This document shows, in pieces, positions 52,266 through 60,715 of a DNA stretch of 62,611 nucleotides. Positions within the stretch are counted from its first letter, which is position 1. Every line of letters begins with the position of its first letter. A model generated the notes under the pieces. It was not told the DNA's origin, searched no databases, and saw only the letters and a program-made list of their open reading frames with translations. The stretch spans positions 1 through 62,611 of the forward strand of contig CAZKZI010000002.1 in NCBI GenBank assembly GCA_964557205.1, read 5' to 3'. Origin of the DNA: an uncultured Lentisphaeraceae bacterium. GTDB lineage: Bacteria; Verrucomicrobiota; Kiritimatiellia; RFP12; UBA1067. A program made the position numbers and the translations under genes.

Positions 52266-53011
52266 AGATACATTTGAAGAACGCATCGGAGCTTGATGGC
52301 ATGCGGACCAGTTGTCGCATGACTGCCGAGGTTCTGGGTCGTGTTGCGGAAGCTGTACAGCCGGGGGTGTCCACCGGGGAGTTGGACGAGCTGGCAAAAA
52401 AGATTATAATGGGTATGCGGGCGCGGCCATCGTTTTTGGGGTATCACGGATATCCGGGAGCGATGTGCATATCCGTCAACGACGAGGTGATCCACGGCAT
52501 ACCTGGTAAGCGAGTCATAATGCCTGGCGATTTGGTCAGTCTTGATGTTGGGGTTTTTTACAACGGTTTCCATGGTGACAGCGCAACCACGGTGATGGTG
52601 GGGGTGACCGATTCTGATGTTATCCGGCTGGTCGAGGCTACGCGCCGGGCTTTGTCCGTGGGGTTGACGGTGGTGCGGCCCGGGGCGCGTCTGTCGGATG
52701 TTTCCCATAGCATAGAGTCAACGGCCAAGGCGGCGGGATGTTCGGTGGTGCGCGAGTTTGTGGGGCACGGCATAGGCAGGGAGTTGCATGAGGACCCGCA
52801 GATTCCCAATTTTGGGGCTCCGGGGCACGGGCCGGTGCTTCGTCCGGGGATGACATTGGCGATCGAGCCGATGGTCAACCTCGGCCGCCCCGAGGTTTCT
52901 GTGCTTGACGACGAATGGACGGTTGTCACGCGTGACGGTCTAGCTTCGGCTCATTTTGAGCATACAGTAGCGGTTTTGGAGGACGGAATGGAGATACTTT
53001 CCAAGGTTTAA
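52262..53011 (+). CDS. map: type I methionine aminopeptidase
   Basis: ATGA overlap with adk. Metal-ligand context is present: DLVSLDVG, GDSATT, FVGHGIG, LAIEPM, FEHT. Confidence 0.95.
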   Translation: MKIHLKNASELDGMRTSCRMTAEVLGRVAEAVQPGVSTGELDELAKKIIMGMRARPSFLGYHGYPGAMCISVNDEVIHGIPGKRVIMPGDLVSLDVGVFYNGFHGDSATTVMVGVTDSDVIRLVEATRRALSVGLTVVRPGARLSDVSHSIESTAKAAGCSVVREFVGHGIGRELHEDPQIPNFGAPGHGPVLRPGMTLAIEPMVNLGRPEVSVLDDEWTVVTRDGLASAHFEHTVAVLEDGMEILSKV

Positions 53012-53102
53012 AAAGATTTTTTTATTTATTTAATAATTGGGTATAGACAAAGCGTATGGTTTTTGGTTAAATCTACTCCCTTTTTTGAACAAGGAAAAGA
53101 TC

Positions 53103-53216
53103 ATGAAAGTTCGCAGTTCAGTGCGGCGCATTTGTGAGCGTTGCCGGGTGGTACGTCGCAAAGGTGTCGTACGCATCATTTGTACGAATCCCCGCCATAA
53201 GCAGCGTCAGGGTTAA
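53103..53216 (+). CDS. rpmJ: 50S ribosomal protein L36
   Basis: Translated by hand as [37 protein letters not shown]. It is below the ORF-track cutoff. Confidence 0.9.
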   Translation: MKVRSSVRRICERCRVVRRKGVVRIICTNPRHKQRQG

Positions 53217-53232
53217 TTCAGAGAGGACAGCC

Positions 53233-53637
53233 ATGCCGAGATTGATGGGTGTGGATATTCCGGGTAGGAAGCGTGTTGAGTATGCTCTCCGGTACATTCA
53301 CGGGATAGGTCCCAAGCGGGCCAATAACGTGGTCGAGAAATGCAAAGTGGATCCAGCCAAGAAGGCTGACGATCTGACACCTGACGAAATTCGTCAGATT
53401 GTTGCCTTCATACAGGACCATTATCGGGTCGAGGGTGATCTGCGCCGTGAGATTTCGCAAAACATCCGGCGGCTTATAAGCATCGGAACCTATCGCGGTT
53501 TGCGCCACAAGCGCGGATTGCCGGTACGCGGTCAGCGGACCAAGACCAACGCGCGGACCCGCAAGGGCAGCAAGCGTACGGTGGGAGCGGTGCGTAACAA
53601 GTCGGCTCGCTCGGCCATCAAGGCCAAGGGCAAGTGA
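53233..53637 (+). CDS. rpsM: 30S ribosomal protein S13
   Basis: Lies within ORF 53134..53637. ATG 53233 gives MPRLMGVDIPGRKRVEYALRYIHGIGPKRA...GLRHKRGLPVRGQRTKTNARTRKG. Confidence 0.95.
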   Translation: MPRLMGVDIPGRKRVEYALRYIHGIGPKRANNVVEKCKVDPAKKADDLTPDEIRQIVAFIQDHYRVEGDLRREISQNIRRLISIGTYRGLRHKRGLPVRGQRTKTNARTRKGSKRTVGAVRNKSARSAIKAKGK

Positions 53638-53722
53638 CCTTGTGGTTGAAGCGGTGGTGTCCGGTCGCGTCAAAAACGCATACCGAGTGCCTTATTTAAA
53701 CTTATATCGAGGCTGATAACGC

Positions 53723-54361
53723 ATGAGCGAAGAAGCTGTCAAAGAAAAAGCTGTTAAAACAGAAGCTGTGAAAGAAAAAGCTGTGAAAACAGCAGCTGTC
53801 AAAGAAAAAGCTGTCAAAGAAAAAGCTGTGAAAACAGAAGCTGTGAAAACAGAAGCTGTTAAAACAGAAGCTGTTAAAACAGAAGCTTTGAAAACAGAAG
53901 GGCCGGTCGCTGCCGCAGAGCAAACGGCTGTTAGTGAAGCGGCTGCGGTCATGGCGGTGGGCGAAGAGCCCGCCAAAGCTATGGATGCGGCCAAGAAAAA
54001 GGGGAAGGGCAAATCGATTCCTTCCGGCATCGCATTTGTGCGTTCCACCTTTAATAACACGCTGGTTTCAATCGCGGATGCCCGCGGGGGTGTGATCTCC
54101 TGGAGTTCGGCCGGCAAGGCCGGGTTCAAGGGGTCGCGTAAATGCACCGCTTTCGCGGCCACGATGGTGGCGCAGGACGCTGCCCGGCAGGCGATGGCCA
54201 AAGGCATGCATGAGGTTGAGGTTAGAATCCAGGGTGCCGGGGCAGGTCGCGAATCCGCTGTGCGGGCTATCCAGTCCTCAGGACTACATATCACTTTGAT
54301 CAAGGATTGCACGCCTATACCCCACAACGGTTGCCGTCCACGCAAACGGAGGAGAGTCTAA
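53723..54361 (+). CDS. rpsK: 30S ribosomal protein S11, possibly with an ~85-aa repeat-containing N-terminal extension
   Basis: The canonical S11 core is [50 protein letters not shown]...[13 protein letters not shown]. An alternative canonical-length start is ATG 53981 ([11 protein letters not shown]). Confidence 0.9.
   Translation: MSEEAVKEKAVKTEAVKEKAVKTAAVKEKAVKEKAVKTEAVKTEAVKTEAVKTEALKTEGPVAAAEQTAVSEAAAVMAVGEEPAKAMDAAKKKGKGKSIPSGIAFVRSTFNNTLVSIADARGGVISWSSAGKAGFKGSRKCTAFAATMVAQDAARQAMAKGMHEVEVRIQGAGAGRESAVRAIQSSGLHITLIKDCTPIPHNGCRPRKRRRV
53729..53900 (+). repeat. tandem 15-nt (5-codon) repeats GAAGCTGT(G/T/C)AAAACA / GAAAAAGCTGT
   Basis: Read directly from the sequence. They encode (E/K)(A/K)AVK(T/E) repeats if translated from ATG 53723. 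Confidence 0.85.
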
Positions 54362-54362
54362 G

Positions 54363-54992
54363 ATGGGTCGATATACAGGTCCTGTTTGCCGCATCTGCCG
54401 GCGTGAGGGGCAAAAGCTGTTTCTTAAAGGCGCCAGGTGCTACATGGCCAAGTGCGCGATTGAGCAAGGGGCGCCAGCTCCTGGCCAGCACGGAAGGCGC
54501 CGTGCCCGCAAGATGTCGGAATACGGCGAGCAGCTCCGGCAGAAACAGTGCCTGCGCCGCCAGTTCGGCATGCAGGAACTTCAGTTCAAGCGCTTTTTTA
54601 AAGAGGCTCTGCGTCGCGAGGGCGTGACCGGCGAGATTCTGCTTCAGTTGTTGGAAACCCGGATGGACAATCTTGTTTATCGGCTGGGCTTTGCCTCTTC
54701 CAGGCGCGCGGCGCGACAATTCGTGCTGCACGGCCATATGGCTGTTAACGGAAAGAAGGTTTCCGTTCCGTCCATGATCCTGAAGGTGGGTGATGTTATC
54801 GAGGTGCGTGACCGGCCGCGCAGCCGGGACCTCGCTACACGCAGTCTTGAGGCTGCCACCACCCAGCAGACACCGCCGTGGCTTTCGTTGGAACAGAAGG
54901 CTTTCCGGGCAGAGATACTCAGTCTACCGACACGCGAGCAGATCGCGCCGGTCGTGGATGAGCAGGCCATTGTCGAATTGTATTCGCGTTAA
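54363..54992 (+). CDS. rpsD: 30S ribosomal protein S4
   Basis: MGRYTGPVCRICRREGQKLFLKG.RC...LETRMDNLVYRLGFA.SRRAARQFV.HGH..VNGKKV..PS. Confidence 0.95.
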   Translation: MGRYTGPVCRICRREGQKLFLKGARCYMAKCAIEQGAPAPGQHGRRRARKMSEYGEQLRQKQCLRRQFGMQELQFKRFFKEALRREGVTGEILLQLLETRMDNLVYRLGFASSRRAARQFVLHGHMAVNGKKVSVPSMILKVGDVIEVRDRPRSRDLATRSLEAATTQQTPPWLSLEQKAFRAEILSLPTREQIAPVVDEQAIVELYSR

Positions 54993-55059
54993 GCAATATA
55001 GCGTTATAGCGTTGATGGCCGTAGCCTCTTAGTCGGGGCCGGCCTGAAAGGACGGAACT

Positions 55060-56055
55060 ATGCCGATTCGTTTGAGTCGTTTTGAAATGCCAAGGCGCGT
55101 TCAGAAGGAAGATAACACCGCCACCGCCACCTACTCGCGTTTTACCGCGGAACCGTTTGAAGTTGGGTATGCCCGCACTATCGGCAACTCACTTCGGCGT
55201 GTTTTGCTGTCTTCCATCGAGGGGGTTGCGATCACATCCGTAAGGATCGCCGACGTCAGCCACGAGTTTGCGTCTCTAAAGGGCGTCAGCGAGGATGTGA
55301 CGGACATCATCCTGAACCTCAAAGGAGTCTTGTTGAAAAGTTACAGCCGCAGTCCGATTTGGCTGAAGCTGAACAAAAAAGGCCCCTGCGTGGTCACGGC
55401 TGCCGATTTTGCCGATGAAAACTCGATAGAGGTTCTGAATCCCAACCATCCTATTGCGACACTTGACACTGACGGTGTGCTGCAGCTTGAAGCGGAGATC
55501 CGCACCGGGCGCGGCTTCTGTGCGGCTGAAGGCAACAAGTCGGACGAGCAGGAAATCGGAAGAATTCCGATTGACAGCATTTTCTCGCCTGTTTCCCGTG
55601 TTAATTTCTTGGTAGAGAACACGCGCGTGGGCCAGCGCACAGATTATGAGAAGCTGGTGATTGATATCTGGACGGATGGGCGGATCACACCGGATGATGC
55701 TTTGAAGACGGCAGCGGCGGTGCTTCGCCACCATCTTGACGTTTTTGTGGATTACAGCGAAGAGGTTTTGGAGTTCGAAGAGTCGGAGAAGAAGGTCGAT
55801 GAAGAGCGTGACCGTCTGCGCCGCATACTGAACATGAGCGTCAACGAGATCGAGCTCAGCGTGCGCGCGGCCAACTGTCTGAACAACGCTAACATCACGA
55901 CCGTCGGTGAGCTGGCGATGAAGACCGAGGCTGACATGCTGAAATATCGCAATTTCGGTAAGAAGTCGCTAAACGAGATCAAGGACAAACTGTCCGAGTT
56001 GGGGCTCTGTTTGGGATACAAGTTTGATGCAGCTTTGATCGAGAACAACAAATAA
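55060..56055 (+). CDS. rpoA: DNA-directed RNA polymerase alpha subunit
   Basis: FTAEPFEVGYARTIGNSLRRVLLSSIEGVAITSVRI... and the C-terminal domain ELSVRAANCLNNANITTVGEL...NFGKKSLNEIKDKL. Confidence 0.95.
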   Translation: MPIRLSRFEMPRRVQKEDNTATATYSRFTAEPFEVGYARTIGNSLRRVLLSSIEGVAITSVRIADVSHEFASLKGVSEDVTDIILNLKGVLLKSYSRSPIWLKLNKKGPCVVTAADFADENSIEVLNPNHPIATLDTDGVLQLEAEIRTGRGFCAAEGNKSDEQEIGRIPIDSIFSPVSRVNFLVENTRVGQRTDYEKLVIDIWTDGRITPDDALKTAAAVLRHHLDVFVDYSEEVLEFEESEKKVDEERDRLRRILNMSVNEIELSVRAANCLNNANITTVGELAMKTEADMLKYRNFGKKSLNEIKDKLSELGLCLGYKFDAALIENNK

Positions 56056-56073
56056 ACTTTTGAGGGGTATAAG

Positions 56074-56487
56074 ATGCGTCATAACAGAATCGCCAAAAAG
56101 TTCGGACGGTCAATGTCGCACCGTAAGGCTCTGATGAGCAGCCTGGTGACGAACTTGATTTTGCAGAGCAGCATAAAGACAACCTTGCCCAAAGCCAAGC
56201 AGGCGCGGCGGGACGCTGAAAAAATGGTCACAATGGCTCGCAAAGGAACACTGGCCTCCCGCCGCATATGTTCCGCACGGTTGCAGAGTCCTAGGGCTGT
56301 GCAGATGCTGTTTGATAGCGTAGTGTCGGCGATGGATGGCCGCAACGGCGGGTATACTCGCATACTGAAGCTGGGGCGGCGTCGCGGCGACGGTTCCGAG
56401 ATGTGCCTGTTGCAGTGGGTTGTGATTCCCGCGCAAACCGCCGCTGTGGAAGCAGTCACGGCTGAGCCCGCCGAGAAGAAGGCGTAA
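56074..56487 (+). CDS. rplQ: 50S ribosomal protein L17
   Basis: MRHNRIAKKFGRSMSHRKALMSSLVTNLILQSSIKTTLPKAKQARRDAEKMVTMA...GGYTRILKLG.RRGD. Confidence 0.95.
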   Translation: MRHNRIAKKFGRSMSHRKALMSSLVTNLILQSSIKTTLPKAKQARRDAEKMVTMARKGTLASRRICSARLQSPRAVQMLFDSVVSAMDGRNGGYTRILKLGRRRGDGSEMCLLQWVVIPAQTAAVEAVTAEPAEKKA

Positions 56488-56542
56488 AAATTTGGCGCTT
56501 CGAGAATTTGACGGGTAACGACTTTTGATGCCTGCCAAAAAA

Positions 56543-57967
56543 CTAATCCGCTAGTTCCACCAAGCCGACTTCGGTAATCTTAGACGCTTCCTGATAATCG
56601 TAATCGGTGTTGATGGCCCACAGGTCGTGATCAGTGCCTTGGCTGATATTCTGAGCGGCCAGATAGCCCATAAGTATGCTGTGGTCTTGATTGTTGTATT
56701 TGAAGGCGCCGTAACGTCCGATAACGCATAGGTTTTCGATGGACTTCAGATACGCGGCCACTGTGGCGAGCGGTTCTCTGTATCCTTTGGCGTAAACAGG
56801 GTAGGAGTTCTCCAGTCTGACCACATGTCCTTCGAGTACGCTATGTCCGCTCAACAGACCGGACAGCCGCAATTCATCAGACGCGATTGCGATAAGTTCA
56901 TTATCCGGTTTGCTAAACAGAGTATCTTCGGAATAACACCAATATTCCAGCGCCACAACGGTTTCCGAGAGTTTCCCGTAAAGTTGTGGCACCCAGTTTC
57001 TGAAGTTGCTGATGCGTCCGGTCTGCAGTTCGGTGGAGTGCACATATAGCCAGTTGTCGCGGAAAAGGTCTGAGCAGTCTATCTGCAGGTGGACGACGAT
57101 TGTATTACGGAAACGCAGACGGGGGAGAGCCTGCCTAACCGCCTCTGGAACAGTGTCCATGCGCGAGACAAGGTGGGTGATCGGCATGCACGAGACAACA
57201 CGGTCAAAACGCTTGACCGTGCCGTCGTTAAGTTCGATCCCCACGGCGCGGCCGGACTCGGTCACGACCCTTTTGGCGGGTGTGTTCAAGTGAATCTGGT
57301 TGCCGTGCTTTTCGCAGAACTTGGCCATGCGGGCGTAGATCGAGCCGGTGCCGCCATGAGGATAGGCGAACTGGTCAACCAGCGTCTTGTGTTTTGAGGC
57401 ATCCAATCCGAACGCGTCTTTCAAAGCTTCGATCAGCGAGAACTTCTTGATGCGCTGCGCCGCGAAGTCCGCGTCAAGTTCCGCACAGGGTATGCCCCAA
57501 AGCTTCTCACTGTAGGTCTTGAAAAAGAGAGTGAACAGGCGCTGACCGAAACGACTGGCCACCCACTCCTCGAAAGTCGGTTCGGGGTTGTGTTTTTTTG
57601 AGACAAACAGGCGGATGGCGTAACTGATGAGGCAACGGGCAGTTTCTAGAAAGCCCAGGTTCAAGAGCGCGTTGAAAGGTTTAAGAGGGTAGTAAAAAAA
57701 CTTACCTTTATAAAGAATCCTGGTCAGCCGGTTGACCATTGAATAATCTTTGCCTGCCACCTCCAACCAGAGACTGTTGACGCGCGTGTCGCTGCTGAAA
57801 AAGCGGTGCGGGCCGAGATCAACGGTCTGTCCCCAAAGCGAGATTGATTTCGCCATGCCGCCCACGGAAGGCGAACTTTCAAACACCTCCACCTCGACAC
57901 CGGCTTTGGTAAGTTCATAGGCAACCGTCATTCCGGCCGGGCCCGCGCCGATAATTCCAACCCTCAT
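56543..57967 (-). CDS. FAD-dependent oxidoreductase (amine-oxidase / UDP-galactopyranose-mutase-like fold)
   Basis: The N-terminal dinucleotide-binding motif is MRVGIIGAGPAGMTVAYELTKAGVEVEVFESSPSVGGMA. 474 aa. Specific function not determined. Confidence 0.7.
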   Translation of the reverse strand: MRVGIIGAGPAGMTVAYELTKAGVEVEVFESSPSVGGMAKSISLWGQTVDLGPHRFFSSDTRVNSLWLEVAGKDYSMVNRLTRILYKGKFFYYPLKPFNALLNLGFLETARCLISYAIRLFVSKKHNPEPTFEEWVASRFGQRLFTLFFKTYSEKLWGIPCAELDADFAAQRIKKFSLIEALKDAFGLDASKHKTLVDQFAYPHGGTGSIYARMAKFCEKHGNQIHLNTPAKRVVTESGRAVGIELNDGTVKRFDRVVSCMPITHLVSRMDTVPEAVRQALPRLRFRNTIVVHLQIDCSDLFRDNWLYVHSTELQTGRISNFRNWVPQLYGKLSETVVALEYWCYSEDTLFSKPDNELIAIASDELRLSGLLSGHSVLEGHVVRLENSYPVYAKGYREPLATVAAYLKSIENLCVIGRYGAFKYNNQDHSILMGYLAAQNISQGTDHDLWAINTDYDYQEASKITEVGLVELAD

Positions 57968-58063
57968 CCATTCTCCCGTTTCTTTGTAGGAAATAAGTAT
58001 AGGCAGTGTGCTGGTCGAATGCTAATATAAAAATTCAACGCTGGAGGTCGGAAAGGGTGTTTT

Positions 58064-60715
58064 ATGGGCAAATGCGCCGCGTTATTTCATCGTATTGGGC
58101 TGCATCACATTTTTGGGATGGTTCTAGCGTTATCAGGTGTGATGATAGTCTTTTCCCCTGTGATTTCGCGATATTCCGGTCTGATCGCCCCCGATTCCAT
58201 GCCGTTTTTCGCTTATCCTTGGCGCACCAGTCATTTTGAAACAATGCTGGCAAGCGGATCATTCACACCTCAGAATCTTTATTGGTTGCTTTTGCACCCG
58301 CTGTACGCGCATGAATTGACCTATATAATCGACTCGCTTGTGTTGACATTTGGTGCGGTCTACTATTTGCGCACTCAGCGTCTGCATCCTTTGGCAGCCT
58401 GGTTTGGCGGGTTGGCCTTGGGACTATGCGGTTATACTTTCACGCTCTTCAGCGCTGGCCATCGCGGTTATTTTCACATGTTCTCCTGTGCCGTGTGGGC
58501 GTTTGGTCTGATCGCGCGCGGGTTTGAGACAAGGAAGCTGTTTTACTTCGCGATGCTGGGCCTGGTGTTCGCGTGGGGCGTGCCGTATCAGCCTGACGTC
58601 CTTCTGCTGGTCGGTGCTTTGGCGTCGGCGTATGTGTTGTGGCTGACGGGAAGGGATAGAAGTCGGAAGTCAGAAGTCGGAAGTCAGCGGTCGGAAGAGG
58701 TGGGGCAGGAGATGGGAGATGGGGGACGGGAGACGGGAGACGTGAGTCGTGAGTCGCGAGTCATCAAAGCAGCGACAGGCCGATCTGGCTACTGGAAAAC
58801 CGCGCTGCACGTCTGGCCCAGGTTCGGAGTGTCGGCATTGGTGTTGGTTCTGGCAGGGTTTGGGGGTATCCGTGCGGCGCTCACAACGCAGATCGCAAAC
58901 CGCGATGCGCAAATTGCGGGTGTGACAGGAAAGGTTGAGAAGGCGGATGGGAAATCCGTGAAAATGACGGATGCCCAGAAGCGTGAGCGCTGGCTGTTCG
59001 CGACGAACTGGAGTCTGCCGCCAGAGGACGTGCTGGAATTTATCGTGCCCGGGGTGTATGGCAACGATTCCGGCCAGCCGCCTTATCCTTATTGGGGGAG
59101 GCTGGGGCGGCCCCACCACAGCGTCTTCCAAAAAGGGCGAATGATGCCGAATTATCGTCAGCATACGGTCTACCTCGGGCTCGTCCCTCTGCTCTTCGCT
59201 CTCTTCGCGGTGTTCGCCTGGTTCTCGTACCGCCGAACAAAGGAACCCCTTCCTAACCACGCGAGCGCCTCATTCCCATTCTCAATTCATCCTTCATCCT
59301 TCACCCCTCAAAATTATTCAGATGTCCCCTTCTGGTGCGGCGTGTGGGTGGTCTGCCTCTTGTTGGCCTTCGGCCGCTACACGCCTTTGTATAGGCTTTT
59401 TTACGCGCTGCCCTACATGGACTACATTCGCGCGCCGGTCAAGTTTCTGCATCTGGTGGAGATCGCGACCGCTTTTCTGGCCGGCATGGGTATGGAAGTG
59501 TTTATGCGTGCCGAGCGTGACGCGTTGCGGCGCAAGCTGCTCTGGTTGGCGGTCAGCATAACCGCGCTGTTGCTATTGGGGTCGCTGGTGGTCCTGACGG
59601 CCAGGCCTGCGATTGTCAGGCATATTGCAGAGCTAGGCATGGCACAGCTTGCCGATGCGCTAGGAGGCTACGCAGTGCGCAACTTCGTCCGATCAACAGG
59701 GCTTGCCATGCTGATAGCGGGCGCACTATGGGCGGTTGTTGGAAGGTGCCAGAGCGAACGGGCGCGGCTGGTATTGGGCGGGTGTTTGATGGTGGTGCTC
59801 TGTCTGGATCAGGCGGAGGTGGCCAGCCGGTATGTGCGCGCGATGGATTTGGGCCCGCTCTACCGCGAGAACGCGGTGGTCAAGGCGATCAAGAAACAGG
59901 CTGGAGGGCAACTTGCGAACGTTGTCAATTATGCGACACAGAATGCAACGGGACGAGACTGGTTTAGTTCGTCGCTGGCATTCAACGGCATTCGCAATCT
60001 GGCGCCTTCGCAGGATGAGATCGGCCAGCCATACGGGCGCATTTTTCTGGGGATGCAGAAAGAGCCGTTAAGACTGTGGAAGCTATTGGGGGCGCAGACG
60101 GTGATCGTGCCGCTGAAAGGCAGTGAGGGATTATTACGGGCGGGTGTGTTGCAGCCGCTGTTGAACTTTGAACTGGGGGCAGGCACTGTCAGACAGGTGC
60201 AGCAGCCTGGTGACAAGACCCTCGTCCTGGCGGCTTTACCGAGAGCGGGAAAAGGGCTGCGTTTCCTCGTAGATTGGCAGGGTGACGTGCCGGTTGAAAG
60301 GCAGGCGGAGGTTCTGGTTAAGGGACAGCGGAGCGTCTCCGACGCGCCTTGTCTGGCTGGCTGCAAATTAGTGTCCGGGGGGCAGGTTGAGACCCTTACA
60401 GAGCGCGGGTTGCCGGGGGCGCTTGCGACGCGCGTCAGAGTCAAGACTGACGGGCCCGGCCTGCTGGTCTTTAATGAGCGAGCTGATGACCGCCAAGAGG
60501 TGCTGGTGGATGGAAAGGTCGCGTCCGGGTATGTCGCGGACGCGGTCTGGCGGGCGGTACTGGTTCCGTCTGGTGAACACGAGGTCTTATTGAGGCACCA
60601 CCGAAAAACAGCAGAATTAATCTTAAGTATCCTGACAGCGCTGGCAATCTTCACATGGGCACTGGCTGTTAATTTCTTGCATAAAAAACCGGAGTTTGCC
60701 GGAGTTTCGGCATGA
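58064..60715 (+). CDS. large polytopic membrane protein (YfhO/glycosyl-carrier-transferase-like), with a repeat-encoded loop
   Basis: 883 aa with many hydrophobic segments in the N-terminal half, more at ~aa 430-560, and a C-terminal TM. The neighbourhood holds envelope polysaccharide genes. The family call is tentative. Confidence 0.55.
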   Translation: MGKCAALFHRIGLHHIFGMVLALSGVMIVFSPVISRYSGLIAPDSMPFFAYPWRTSHFETMLASGSFTPQNLYWLLLHPLYAHELTYIIDSLVLTFGAVYYLRTQRLHPLAAWFGGLALGLCGYTFTLFSAGHRGYFHMFSCAVWAFGLIARGFETRKLFYFAMLGLVFAWGVPYQPDVLLLVGALASAYVLWLTGRDRSRKSEVGSQRSEEVGQEMGDGGRETGDVSRESRVIKAATGRSGYWKTALHVWPRFGVSALVLVLAGFGGIRAALTTQIANRDAQIAGVTGKVEKADGKSVKMTDAQKRERWLFATNWSLPPEDVLEFIVPGVYGNDSGQPPYPYWGRLGRPHHSVFQKGRMMPNYRQHTVYLGLVPLLFALFAVFAWFSYRRTKEPLPNHASASFPFSIHPSSFTPQNYSDVPFWCGVWVVCLLLAFGRYTPLYRLFYALPYMDYIRAPVKFLHLVEIATAFLAGMGMEVFMRAERDALRRKLLWLAVSITALLLLGSLVVLTARPAIVRHIAELGMAQLADALGGYAVRNFVRSTGLAMLIAGALWAVVGRCQSERARLVLGGCLMVVLCLDQAEVASRYVRAMDLGPLYRENAVVKAIKKQAGGQLANVVNYATQNATGRDWFSSSLAFNGIRNLAPSQDEIGQPYGRIFLGMQKEPLRLWKLLGAQTVIVPLKGSEGLLRAGVLQPLLNFELGAGTVRQVQQPGDKTLVLAALPRAGKGLRFLVDWQGDVPVERQAEVLVKGQRSVSDAPCLAGCKLVSGGQVETLTERGLPGALATRVRVKTDGPGLLVFNERADDRQEVLVDGKVASGYVADAVWRAVLVPSGEHEVLLRHHRKTAELILSILTALAIFTWALAVNFLHKKPEFAGVSA
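58653..58764 (+). repeat. 7-nt-periodic purine-rich tract inside the CDS (16 heptads)
   Basis: GGGATAG AAGTCGG AAGTCAG AAGTCGG AAGTCAG CGGTCGG AAGAGGT GGGGCAG GAGATGG GAGATGG GGGACGG GAGACGG GAGACGT GAGTCGT GAGTCGC GAGTCAT. It encodes DRSRKSEVGSQRSEEVGQEMGDGGRETGDVSRESRV. Confidence 0.8.

Noticed and set aside
53692-54345. A 217-aa minus-strand ORF and the 53702..53923 ORF opposite rpsK.
   Set aside because: They are antisense to a universally conserved ribosomal protein gene. Their openness is explained by the stop-free tandem repeat.
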